A program made the position numbers and the translations under genes. Below are positions 1-8,956 of a DNA stretch of 64,000 bases, piece after piece. Below the pieces are notes generated by a model. It had not been told where the DNA came from. It made no database searches and saw only the letters and a list, made by a program, of their open reading frames with translations. Origin of the DNA: Dehalococcoidia bacterium (GTDB lineage Bacteria > Chloroflexota > Dehalococcoidia > Bin125); contig OY820591.1 of the NCBI GenBank assembly GCA_963555985.3, forward strand, positions 2,144,001 through 2,208,000, in the 5' to 3' direction. Position 1 is the stretch's first letter. Every line of letters starts with the position of its first letter.

Positions 1-685
1 CCATCGCAACCGCACCGGCGAGGGTCAGTACGTCGATGTGGCGGCGACCGAGGCGGCGCTGACGCTGAACGGACCAGTGCTGCTCGATTACACCGTCAAC
101 GGACGCCCGCTGCGGCGTGAGGGCTATCCCGACGCCAACCACTCGCAATTCCCGGCGATGGCCCCGCACAACATCTACGCCGCCAAGCCGATTCCCGGCT
201 CGTTCGACGAAGCCTGGATCGCCATCGCCTGCCGCAACGACGAGGACTGGCACGCGATGCGCGACGTGCTGGTCGCCGACGGCTGCGATTGGGCGTCGAA
301 CGACGACTATGGCCAACTCGCCGGTCGCTTGGCCGCGCAGGATGTGCTGGACGAACGAATCGGCGAGTGGTGCCTGCGCCGCGATCCGTATCAGTCCACT
401 GAGATGCTGCGCGAGGCCGGGGTGCCGGCCAATCCGGTGCAGACACCTGAGCAGCGGATCGACCAGGACGTCAACTCAGCCGAGGCGCGGCTCTGGCCGA
501 CGATTCGGCAAGCGGAGATGGGCCGCGTGCGCGTGGACGGGATTCCCGCGCATTTCTCCAAGACCGACTGGTCGATGACGCGCGGCGCAGCCGTGCTGGG
601 TGAGGACAACGATTACGTCTACGGCGAACTCCTGGGCCTGAGCCAGGACGAGATCGCCGGGCTCTACGAGGAGGGCGTGCTCTGA
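1..685 (+). CDS. CoA-transferase family III (CaiB/BaiF), 5'-truncated by window edge
   Basis: Frame open from base 2 (HRNRTGEGQYVDVAATEA), then APHNIY..WIAIAC and a C-terminal LGEDNDYVYGELLG typical of CaiB. Confidence 0.9.
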   Translation, partial: HRNRTGEGQYVDVAATEAALTLNGPVLLDYTVNGRPLRREGYPDANHSQFPAMAPHNIYAAKPIPGSFDEAWIAIACRNDEDWHAMRDVLVADGCDWASNDDYGQLAGRLAAQDVLDERIGEWCLRRDPYQSTEMLREAGVPANPVQTPEQRIDQDVNSAEARLWPTIRQAEMGRVRVDGIPAHFSKTDWSMTRGAAVLGEDNDYVYGELLGLSQDEIAGLYEEGVL

Positions 686-1941
686 TGACGACCAACTCCA
701 ATCCGCTGGCGATGATGGCGCTGGACGACCTGCGCGTGCTCGAAATCGGAGACGAGCGCGGCGCCTGGTGCGGCAAGCTGCTGGCCGACATGGGCGCGGA
801 CGTGATCAAGATCGAGCCGCCCGAGGGCGATCCGTCGCGGCAGTACGAGCCGTTCGTCGACGACCAACCGCATCACGAGCGCTCGCTCTTCTTCTGGTAC
901 TACAACACGTCCAAGCGCAGCGTCGTGCTGGACTTCAACGACCGCTCGAACGCGGATGCGTTCCTCAAGCTGGTCGAATCCGCCGACATCATCTTCGACA
1001 CGAATACGTACGATCCTGTCGGTCGCCTGGGGTTGGACTACGACCGGATCATGTCGGACAATCCTGGCCTGATCTGGTGCACGATCACCAACTTCGGCTT
1101 CGGCTCGGTGCGGGACGACGAACCGCATACGGACCTGACCCTAGCCGCCAACGGCGGCTTCGCCTGGATGAACGGCTATGACGACCACTCGCTGCCGCCG
1201 GTGCGCGGCGGCGGCCAGCAGGCCTATCACACCGGCTCGAACTACGCCTTCATGTCGATCCTGACGGCGCTGCTGCACCGCGACGCGACCGGTGTGGGAC
1301 AGCACATCAACGTCAATATCAACGCCTCGGTCAACGTGACCACTGAGGCCGGGTCGTACTCGTGGCTGGTCTCGCACTCGACCGTCCAGCGCCAAACCGG
1401 GCGCCACGCCGGCGTCGCCCCATCCATGCCCTCCCAGATACAGTGCGCCGACGGTCGCTACGTCAACACCGGCATCCCGCCGCGGCGCCCGCGCGAGTTC
1501 GGCCTGGTTTACCAGTGGCTGGAGGAGGAAGGTCTGCTGGACGAACTGCCGGAAGCGGCGCTGTTGCAGGTCGGGGCCGAACTGGAGAGTTTCTCGCTGG
1601 CGGATGTCTTCAGCGGCAACAACGAAGAGCTGCTGGCGATCTTCGGGGCTGGTCGTGAGGCGTTCGACCTGCTCGCCTCCAGGCTGACGGCGTACGAGTT
1701 CTTCACCAAGGCGCAGAATTACGGCTTCCAGGTCGGGGTGATCCACAGTCCCGAAGAGGCGCTGGAGGATCCGCATTTCGTCGATCGGGGGATGCAGGTC
1801 AAGGTGGAGCATCCCGAGATCGGGCGCGAGGTGGTCTATCCGGGCGCGCCCTACCAGCTCACGAAGGGGAGTTGGGGGATCACTCGGCGTCCGCCGCTCC
1901 TCGGGGAGCATACGGACGAGGTGCTGTCGGAGCTGGGCTAG
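685..1941 (+). CDS. CoA-transferase family III subunit (no obvious catalytic Asp)
   Basis: LDDLRVLE..LADMGADVIKIEPPEGD, NTSKRSVVLD, PPLLGEHT; start overlaps the upstream stop. Confidence 0.92.
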   Translation: MTTNSNPLAMMALDDLRVLEIGDERGAWCGKLLADMGADVIKIEPPEGDPSRQYEPFVDDQPHHERSLFFWYYNTSKRSVVLDFNDRSNADAFLKLVESADIIFDTNTYDPVGRLGLDYDRIMSDNPGLIWCTITNFGFGSVRDDEPHTDLTLAANGGFAWMNGYDDHSLPPVRGGGQQAYHTGSNYAFMSILTALLHRDATGVGQHINVNINASVNVTTEAGSYSWLVSHSTVQRQTGRHAGVAPSMPSQIQCADGRYVNTGIPPRRPREFGLVYQWLEEEGLLDELPEAALLQVGAELESFSLADVFSGNNEELLAIFGAGREAFDLLASRLTAYEFFTKAQNYGFQVGVIHSPEEALEDPHFVDRGMQVKVEHPEIGREVVYPGAPYQLTKGSWGITRRPPLLGEHTDEVLSELG

Positions 1942-2420
1942 GGCGACCTCAGCCGGGCCAGCCTTTGTCGGTCGCGGGCGTAGTCTTCTTCGATGCTTCG
2001 CAGCGCAGTCAGGACTTCCATGTCGCAGGCTCGTGCGACGCGGGCGGCGTTGCGATCGTCGGTGGCGACAACGAATCCGTCGCTCCGCGATTGCGCGAGC
2101 ATCCAGAGGTCCTCGCGCTCAGCGCCATAGACCAGACCAAGCTGCGCTGAGGTCCGCTTGAGCAAGGCGAAGTGATCAATCGCCGCGAGCGAGGGGGAAT
2201 CTAGAAACGTGACCGACCCCAATAGCGCCCGCAGACTGGCCAAGCGTCTGCCTCGCCATTCCATTGCTCGAATTTCACCCTGTACGAACATGGTGAGCAC
2301 GAGTCGCCGGCCGTTCAGTAGCTCTTGATAGGCGAAACGGTCCGCATGGCCGCTTGTCAGCAAGCTGACCACGTTGGTGTCAACCGACACCACCGGTTCG
2401 TCGCGGTATGGCAGTACCAC
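1938..2420 (-). CDS. PIN-domain (VapC-like) toxin
   Basis: VDTNVVS, GEI, EDLWMLA, ATDDR acidic tetrad. Confidence 0.8.
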   Translation of the reverse strand: MVLPYRDEPVVSVDTNVVSLLTSGHADRFAYQELLNGRRLVLTMFVQGEIRAMEWRGRRLASLRALLGSVTFLDSPSLAAIDHFALLKRTSAQLGLVYGAEREDLWMLAQSRSDGFVVATDDRNAARVARACDMEVLTALRSIEEDYARDRQRLARLRSP

Positions 2421-2426
2421 GCGGCG

Positions 2427-2810
2427 TTATCGATTGTTACGCCAGCGCGGATCGATGGCGTCAGCCAACTCTTCGCGCTCTTCCTGGGTCATGCCTGCCG
2501 TGATTTCATCCAGCCGAGCGACGAATTCCGCACCCGTCATTGGCTCGCCCCGGTTGACGATTGAGACCGTGCGGTCAATCACTTCATCCCTCAGCGAGGT
2601 CTCACGATAGGAGACGCTCGCGTCCTCTCCATCGAACAGGAGGGCTCGCTCCAGCGCGTCGCCGGGAAGGCGGAGTTCCACGGGCTGTTCACCGTCAACG
2701 GTCACGCGCGCTCGGAGGTTGCCGGGGTTGATAATCACTTCCAGGTGACCCCGGATCGTTTTGCGGCAGATTGAGATGCCTTGTTCGGTTGTTGGCTCAG
2801 CGCTGACCAT
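2427..2810 (-). CDS. Hypothetical protein, probable antitoxin partner of the PIN gene
   Basis: ATG at 2810 overlaps the upstream gene end; acidic helical C-terminus (MTQEEREELADAID); lies directly upstream of the PIN gene. Confidence 0.55.
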   Translation of the reverse strand: MVSAEPTTEQGISICRKTIRGHLEVIINPGNLRARVTVDGEQPVELRLPGDALERALLFDGEDASVSYRETSLRDEVIDRTVSIVNRGEPMTGAEFVARLDEITAGMTQEEREELADAIDPRWRNNR

Positions 2811-3690
2811 GCCGCAAGGATACATCGGTGAGCCATCGCTGCGCACGGAGCTGTGCACGCTCGTTTGCGATTAGGCCATGCCCCTCGCCGCGCAGGACTA
2901 AGAACTCTCCATGCGGAATGCGGCTCGCCAAAACCTCACCGAAGGCGACTGGAACGGTCGTGTCGGCGTCTCCGTGGATGATGAGCACGGGACATCCGAT
3001 CCGCTGCAATTCGTCTGACAGATCGGTGGCTCGCTGGGCTTGCATGTTGAGCAAGGCACCGTGCGCGAGTCGAGCGAGTTCGCTATCCGCGAGTCTCTTC
3101 AGCGCCCGGTTTCGATTCTCCCGGAACGCTGTGAGCGCTGGAACAGGTTCGGGCGGTTCGGGTGGCGAGCGCCATTCTTCCTCTGATTCCGCAAGTACAG
3201 CCTCGATGCCCTTTGCGTCCAACAGGTCGAGCAGCGTTAGACGCTTGGCGACTGTGGCCAGCCGGTCGGCGACGAATGGATCGCCCAGATCGATGCCTTG
3301 CGGCGATAACGACATCAACGACGCGCCGGTATTGAGCAGCACCAGCGATTCCACCCGTCCAGGATGATCGAGCGCAAGCCTGATCCCGATCGGCCCACTC
3401 GCCGACGTGGCAATCACGGCCGTTCGCTCAATGCCCAGATAATCGAGCAGATCAACCGCATCCTGAGCCAAGTCCTCAAGCGAGAACGGCTCAGTGTCAT
3501 ACTCCGACAGCCCCGCGCAGCGGCGGTCGTACCAGATCAGCTTGAGGCCGTCGGTCGGGACCTGCCAACGGATCCTGGGGCCATTCCAGAGCGTGGAGGA
3601 CGGCCCGCCCCAAGCCCCGTGGATGATCAGCACAGACTGACCCGACGGATCGCCGCCGACTTCGTAGGCAACCCGCCGGCTATTGATCAG
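2797..3690 (-). CDS. Alpha/beta hydrolase (start uncertain: CTG 3690 or GTG 3633)
   Basis: LIIHG, YDRRCAGLS, ATSASG nucleophile elbow, IIHGDADTTVP, GEGH. Confidence 0.85.
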   Translation of the reverse strand: MINSRRVAYEVGGDPSGQSVLIIHGAWGGPSSTLWNGPRIRWQVPTDGLKLIWYDRRCAGLSEYDTEPFSLEDLAQDAVDLLDYLGIERTAVIATSASGPIGIRLALDHPGRVESLVLLNTGASLMSLSPQGIDLGDPFVADRLATVAKRLTLLDLLDAKGIEAVLAESEEEWRSPPEPPEPVPALTAFRENRNRALKRLADSELARLAHGALLNMQAQRATDLSDELQRIGCPVLIIHGDADTTVPVAFGEVLASRIPHGEFLVLRGEGHGLIANERAQLRAQRWLTDVSLRHGQR

Positions 3691-3692
3691 CG

Positions 3693-4466
3693 CTAGTCGT
3701 ATTTCGGCTGATCCTCAATGCCGGGCATCACCCAGGTGACGAGCTCGCCAGGCGGCTCTGCGAAGGTCAGGCCCGGCATGTCGGGCTGTACGCCGCTGAG
3801 CACGAGCTTGTACTCCTCGACGTACTCCGGGTCGCCGTCCACCATGCGGAACGGGCGGTCGTGGCCGGGATAAAGCACGTCGGACATGCTCATCACCTTG
3901 GCGATCGACTCGTTCGCCTGCGACTCGCTGTAGAACACGAGCGGGCTGCGTCCGGCCTTGCCGACTGCCGCCGTGTGCATCGCATCGCCAGTCAGTCCGC
4001 AGATGCCGGCTTCGGTCTCAACCAACAAGCCAATGCTGCCGGGCGAGTGTCCGGGCAGGTGGATCACCTTGACGCCCTTGGCCAGTTCGTCGCCGTCGAC
4101 CACTTCCTGCATCGGATGCGTTTCAATCGCCGCGCCCGTCCACTGCGGCGTGGCCCAGTCGTTGACGTGCGGCTCGGAGGCGTACTTGCGCTCATGCGGG
4201 TGAATCGCCATCGGCACATCCGGGAAGGCGTCGAAGTTCTGCACGTGATCCCAGTGCGCGTGAGTCATGAAGACGAGGTCGATATCGGAGACGCCCAGCC
4301 CGCGCGCGGCGAGTTGCTCCTGGAGTTGGACGCGCCGACCGACGTGCGCCGTGTCGACGAGGATGCGCCGCCCGTCCGATTCGACCAGGATCACCGCGCA
4401 GAACGCCGGTGTGCCGGAGTCGGTACCGAATGAGTAGCCGGGGAGGAGGATGTCGAGGGTTGCCAT
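3693..4466 (-). CDS. Metallo-beta-lactamase fold hydrolase (AHL-lactonase-like)
   Basis: THAHWDH, LPGHSPG, TGDA, YPGHD motifs. Confidence 0.9.
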   Translation of the reverse strand: MATLDILLPGYSFGTDSGTPAFCAVILVESDGRRILVDTAHVGRRVQLQEQLAARGLGVSDIDLVFMTHAHWDHVQNFDAFPDVPMAIHPHERKYASEPHVNDWATPQWTGAAIETHPMQEVVDGDELAKGVKVIHLPGHSPGSIGLLVETEAGICGLTGDAMHTAAVGKAGRSPLVFYSESQANESIAKVMSMSDVLYPGHDRPFRMVDGDPEYVEEYKLVLSGVQPDMPGLTFAEPPGELVTWVMPGIEDQPKYD

Positions 4467-5029
4467 GTCGGGGTCCTTCCTAGGTGCGTTCGCACTGGTT
4501 GGGTGGATCGTTGCCGGCGGAATTTTTTTCCGGCGCGGCAGATTGCGAGGAAACCTAGTGATTTACGGGAGATCGCGCGATTTGGGTGGAAGGTAGTGGA
4601 AGATTTTGGAACGGTGTTGTCAGTTCGGAGCGTCAGCTCCTGTTCGATCTTGTTCGATTCTGTTCGATGGCGTTCGGCCTGTTCGGCTGTGCGGACGGTT
4701 CGGCCTCGTTCGAGTTCGTTCGATTCTGTTCGGCGGCGTTCGGCCTGTTCGAGGGAGATGAGGGGCGACGCGAACGGATTGGCGGATGGATTCCCGCCTG
4801 CGGAGACGTTTGTGTAAGTCGATCGTTCCGTCATTGCCGCGCTCCGCCGCGGCAATCTCGCGGTGAGGGCGACGACGGTGCAGATAACGGCGAGATACCC
4901 GCGGCAAGCGCGGGTATGACGGAGTCTTGATTGGCTCGAGTTTTGCAAAGGTCTCCCTGCGCGGGAATGACGGGATTGCCTGTTGACCGGCTCGTTCAGC
5001 CGCTTTTTCGGCGAGGGTCGAGTGGACAT
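4391..5029 (-). other. Repeat-rich ORF or gene remnant with 10-bp periodic CGAAC and TTCCA runs and an in-frame MITE
   Basis: SD GAGGAG then ATG at 5029; RTESNxxEQE-type repeats shared with the HTH gene at 42188-43123. Confidence 0.45.
4802..4956. mobile_element. MITE-like element inserted in a REP hairpin loop, 4-bp TSD CTGC
   Basis: Ends GGAGACGTTTGTGTAAG...TTTTGCAAAGGTCTCC; CTGC at 4798-4801 and 4957-4960; removal restores GGATTCCCGCCTGCGCGGGAATGAC. Confidence 0.8.
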
Positions 5030-5057
5030 CGGCTCCTCGGTTTCCGTCTGCGACACG

Positions 5058-5069
5058 GAACTCACGTAC
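5058..5069. promoter_or_regulatory. LexA/SOS-like box GAAC-TCAC-GTAC
   Basis: Matches GAAC-N4-GT(T/A)C, ~30 bp upstream of ATG 5029. Confidence 0.5.
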
Positions 5070-5145
5070 TCTCACTAGCGGCGGCGATCAAGGCCGGGAG
5101 TTCACCGATACCTCGCAGGGCGACTGAGGGGAGCGCTTACTTCCG

Positions 5146-6399
5146 CTAGTCGCCCGATCCCGCCGCCGCGGCCGCAGCGATGCGGGCCTTCGCGGCCTCG
5201 TCGTAGCTGATGCTGACCGGCGGCTCGGAGTCGAACGGGCCGTCCAGATCGAGTTCGGCACCGATCTCGCGCAGTGCCGGCATGACCTCGGTACCGAGCA
5301 GCTCGATGCAGCGCATCGAGTCCCCGTGCGTGACGCGACCGTCGTTGCCCCAGAGGGCGAGGATGCCCGGCCGGGTCTCTTCGAGGATCGTGCGCAGTTT
5401 GACGATGCACTCGTCCGGCGTGCCCGCGATGATCTGCATGTTGTCGAGCTGTGTCTCGAAGTCGAGTGCGCGCGGCGGCGGGCGGCGACCGTTCATCACC
5501 TCCACCAGCGCCTCGCGGTTGCGCGGCGAGGCGTAGCCGGCCGGGTTCGACCAGACCGGGTGCGCCAGTCCGGTGAACTCGCCCTGCATCCACATGAACT
5601 GGGAGGCGTTCTCCAGCGCCTTCTCAGTCGTGTCCGCGACATGCACGCGGAGCAGGTAACCGCGATTCTCGGGGCCCGGGTCGTAGCCAACCTCGTGCGC
5701 CGCGTCGTCGTAGGTGTTCCAGATGCGCTTGGTCGCCTCGATCGTCGTGTTCAGCGCGATGTACGGGTAGCGATGCTTCGCCGCCCAGATCACGGTCTCG
5801 CGCGAGAGCACGCCCGGAATCCAGATGCGCGGATGCGGCTGTTGCAGCGGCAGCGCCCACGGGTTCACGACCCGGTGCTGGTAGTGCTTGCCCTCCCAGC
5901 GGAACGGGCCAGGCCGCGTCCAGGCCTCCACGATCAGGTCGTGAGCCTCCTCGAAGCGCTCGCGGTTGTAGGCCGGGTTCACGCCCGTCGCGAGCTGTTC
6001 GGTGCCGCCTCCGCGCACGAAACCGGAAACTAACCGACCCTGCGAGATCATGTCGATCATCGCCAGCTCTTCGGCCAGCCGGATCGGATTGTCGGCCAGC
6101 GGCAGCGGATTGCCGAGCAGGACGATCTTCACCCGCTCGGTCGCGCCGGCAAGCACCGAGGCCCAGATGTTGCACTTGGCCTGCATACAGAAGGGCGCGT
6201 TGTGGTGCTCGTTGAGCATGATCCCGTCAACGCCCACCTCCTCCGCCAGCTTGTACTCGGTCAGGCGGTGGTTGTAGAGCTCCGCGCCCGCCTCCGAGTC
6301 GAAGTTGGAGTTGGAGAAGAGCAGCGCGGTCACCCCCTCCTCGGCGGCGTGCTCGTCGTAGGCCGACATCGGCTGTTCGGTGAAGTACATCAGGTGCAT
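5146..6399 (-). CDS. LLM-class flavin-dependent oxidoreductase (luciferase-like monooxygenase)
   Basis: LNEHHN, PIRLAEELAMIDMISQGRL, PLQQPHPRIW. Confidence 0.93.
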   Translation of the reverse strand: MHLMYFTEQPMSAYDEHAAEEGVTALLFSNSNFDSEAGAELYNHRLTEYKLAEEVGVDGIMLNEHHNAPFCMQAKCNIWASVLAGATERVKIVLLGNPLPLADNPIRLAEELAMIDMISQGRLVSGFVRGGGTEQLATGVNPAYNRERFEEAHDLIVEAWTRPGPFRWEGKHYQHRVVNPWALPLQQPHPRIWIPGVLSRETVIWAAKHRYPYIALNTTIEATKRIWNTYDDAAHEVGYDPGPENRGYLLRVHVADTTEKALENASQFMWMQGEFTGLAHPVWSNPAGYASPRNREALVEVMNGRRPPPRALDFETQLDNMQIIAGTPDECIVKLRTILEETRPGILALWGNDGRVTHGDSMRCIELLGTEVMPALREIGAELDLDGPFDSEPPVSISYDEAAKARIAAAAAAGSGD

Positions 6400-6471
6400 G
6401 GGAGGCTCCAGTCACGATCAGATCGAGTCGCGCGCAGTCTAGCGCTCCCGCCGCGTTGCTAGGCTGAGGCG

Positions 6472-6750
6472 GTGATCACACACTTCGCTGATCGGCGGCT
6501 TCGAGATTTCCATATGCGGGGAGACCGTCGCAGGTTGCCGCCGCCGATGATCGAAACCATTGAGGAGATTCTGGACGACCTGGATTCGGCCTCGTCGCCA
6601 GAAGACATGAACCAGCCCGGCTATCGACTGCACCAATTGTCGGGAGACATGGCGGGATTCTGGTCTGTTCGCGTCACCCGCAACTGGAGAATCGTGTTTC
6701 GCTTCGACGGACCAGACGTCCGCGATGTACGCTTAATCGACTACCACTAG
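6472..6750 (+). CDS. higB: HigB (RelE-like) toxin
   Basis: YRLHQLSGDMAGFWSVRVTRNWRIVFRF..DYH. Confidence 0.92.
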   Translation: MITHFADRRLRDFHMRGDRRRLPPPMIETIEEILDDLDSASSPEDMNQPGYRLHQLSGDMAGFWSVRVTRNWRIVFRFDGPDVRDVRLIDYH

Positions 6751-6764
6751 GGGGATCAGTCGCT

Positions 6765-7049
6765 GTGACTCGAGCCAATCCAACCCATCCTGGTCGCTCT
6801 CTCTTCCATAGCTGCATTGAGGCGCTCAACCTCACGATGTCCGAGGCAGCGGCGCATCTCAAGGTGGAGGAGGCCGCCCTACAGGCCATCTGCGACGGTC
6901 AGGCGCCGATCACCGCCGACATGGCCGTCCGCTTCGAGCAGGCTTTCGGCAGCACCGCCGAGTTCTGGCTGCGGCGCCAGGCCAGCTACGACCTCGCGCG
7001 AGTGAGGAAGACCTGCGACAAGATCGAGCGTCTCGAAGTCGCGGCCTAA
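6765..7049 (+). CDS. higA: HigA antitoxin (XRE HTH)
   Basis: PTHPG..ITADMAVRFEQAFGSTAEFWLRRQASYDL. Confidence 0.92.
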   Translation: MTRANPTHPGRSLFHSCIEALNLTMSEAAAHLKVEEAALQAICDGQAPITADMAVRFEQAFGSTAEFWLRRQASYDLARVRKTCDKIERLEVAA

Positions 7050-8956
7050 CGCCCGCAGCGAGCAAGATTCGGCTGCACCGGCGTCTCGAACAGGCCGTCG
7101 AGGTCGAAAGTGGAGGTATAGCGGCGGTCGGGATTGTCGCGCTCGTGAGCCTCAACAGTGAACACGCCATCGGCCCGGGCTGCCCACGCCAGTTGTGAGA
7201 TCAAGTCACGGGCGTCTTCTCGCCCTGTCCATTTGTATTCGGTATCGCCCCAGCTTCCCCAACCCGAGCGCCACTCTTCGCTCTGCACCTCGCCACCGTC
7301 GATACGGTACAGAATCGTCCAGTCCAAGTCGGCCTCAACCTGCCAATAGATATCCACTTCCAGCCGATCACTCCCGCACTGAACAGACAGTCGCGCTTCA
7401 CGACCGGTCTGGCCGATCGCAGTGTCCATCGCGACAAAAGAACGAAAATCGCCGCTCTCCTCATCGGCGTATGCGCCCCACCACATCTCATCATCACCGC
7501 CCCAACCGATGTACAACCCTGACATCTCTTCGTCGAGTCCTCCTAACATCGCGCCCGATGCTGCGTCGCACAAATCAGGCCAACTGCCCTCCAATCGTGG
7601 ACTACAGAACAGTTCGCCAATTGCGCCGCTCGCCTCACTATGCCTGGCTCGTACTGGTGGACGCGACGCAATCTCAATGCCGTAGCGCTTCGCCTCATCT
7701 CGGGCAGCATCGACATCAGCGATCGGGAAGTAACGTTCCCACAGACTGAGCAACATGGCGGTGAACGCACCGCCGTGCCCGGCATCCCTCACGCTTGCCT
7801 GATCGACGATCGAATGGGCTAACTCGTGGACGACTGCGCCCAGGTTACGAACCTCCGTACCGAGTGTAATCTCGTCCCGACTGGCGTGACCGTGAGATTG
7901 TTCGCTGCTGAATCGGACCGTCGGCGGAGTGCTGCGAGGAAAGTAGTCGGCGAAGATCGCGTTCACGACTCCTTGCGCCTCCGAGCGAGTTACATCGATC
8001 TGATCCAACGATGTACCGATCTGTCGCGACTCCCAAGCGTAGGCGGCATTCTGTTGCACATCACAATCGGACGTCGGACAGATTGTGACCAGCGGAGCGC
8101 TCCCGTGACATCCCTCAGATGCAGTGTCCACAAGGATGTGCTCAGTCAGAATGTCAAGATCCAGCACTCCGCAACGAGTGCGATAAGTCCGCCCGTCAAC
8201 CTCAAGGTCAAACTCGCCGTCGCGCGTCGTGATCGATGCCCCGCGCCGCAATTCGCCGAAGGCGTGCCCAGACAACGGAGGCAACTGGAAAGCAGAAGTG
8301 AATCGCCAGGTATTGCGGGAGAGTCCGGTCAGCACCGGGCGTGTCGGCTGGCGCAACGCCTCCCATTGACCGTCACCCAGACGCTGTACGCCCAACTCGA
8401 TCCCGCCTGTTGAGAGGCGCCGCGCCGAGATCCGGAGCACTTGTGTGCCGACATCGGTTGGATTGGCCAACTCAGGCGGTTCCACAGTGACGACGTCTTC
8501 GCAGTTCCGCGTGCCGGTCTGCATCTCCAGCCCATCGTCGTTAAGCGACAGGATCAGTCGCCCGCAGCGAGCGTGGTAGCGAGTATCGCCGAGCGTAACC
8601 GTGAATTGCTCCGGTCCCGCCTCGTTGGACCATCCTCGATTGAGCACACTGATCTCGGCTCTAGCTTGGACAACCTCGATTTCAACGCCTGAAGTGGTGT
8701 GCCAACGATCGGCGACGGCCGCGGCCGACAATATGTTTCGCGTCGGCGTTGCGAATCGCCAGCGACCGTCCACGCGGTATTGCAGCCCCACCGACACAGA
8801 GCCGTCGGCATTGGCGCGAGCCGCGAGCCTGATCTCCGCGCCGACCGGAGCCGACTCCGCTCCACTACGGATCGGAACGAACAGCAGCCCCCCGCCGATC
8901 AGGACGACAATCGCCACGATCCAGACGAAGCGAGGCTGGCACGGAACGGAACGCAT
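7046..8956 (-). CDS. Exported multidomain protein with duplicated N-terminal domain and SprT-like zincin motif
   Basis: N-terminal hydrophobic segment; VVHELAH..GHGGAF; two similar ~140-aa repeats. Confidence 0.7.
   Translation of the reverse strand: MRSVPCQPRFVWIVAIVVLIGGGLLFVPIRSGAESAPVGAEIRLAARANADGSVSVGLQYRVDGRWRFATPTRNILSAAAVADRWHTTSGVEIEVVQARAEISVLNRGWSNEAGPEQFTVTLGDTRYHARCGRLILSLNDDGLEMQTGTRNCEDVVTVEPPELANPTDVGTQVLRISARRLSTGGIELGVQRLGDGQWEALRQPTRPVLTGLSRNTWRFTSAFQLPPLSGHAFGELRRGASITTRDGEFDLEVDGRTYRTRCGVLDLDILTEHILVDTASEGCHGSAPLVTICPTSDCDVQQNAAYAWESRQIGTSLDQIDVTRSEAQGVVNAIFADYFPRSTPPTVRFSSEQSHGHASRDEITLGTEVRNLGAVVHELAHSIVDQASVRDAGHGGAFTAMLLSLWERYFPIADVDAARDEAKRYGIEIASRPPVRARHSEASGAIGELFCSPRLEGSWPDLCDAASGAMLGGLDEEMSGLYIGWGGDDEMWWGAYADEESGDFRSFVAMDTAIGQTGREARLSVQCGSDRLEVDIYWQVEADLDWTILYRIDGGEVQSEEWRSGWGSWGDTEYKWTGREDARDLISQLAWAARADGVFTVEAHERDNPDRRYTSTFDLDGLFETPVQPNLARCGR

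Noticed and set aside
4587-4752. CRISPR array
   Set aside because: Motifs are 5 bp at 10-bp period with no 25-40-bp repeats or unique spacers, and no cas genes are present.
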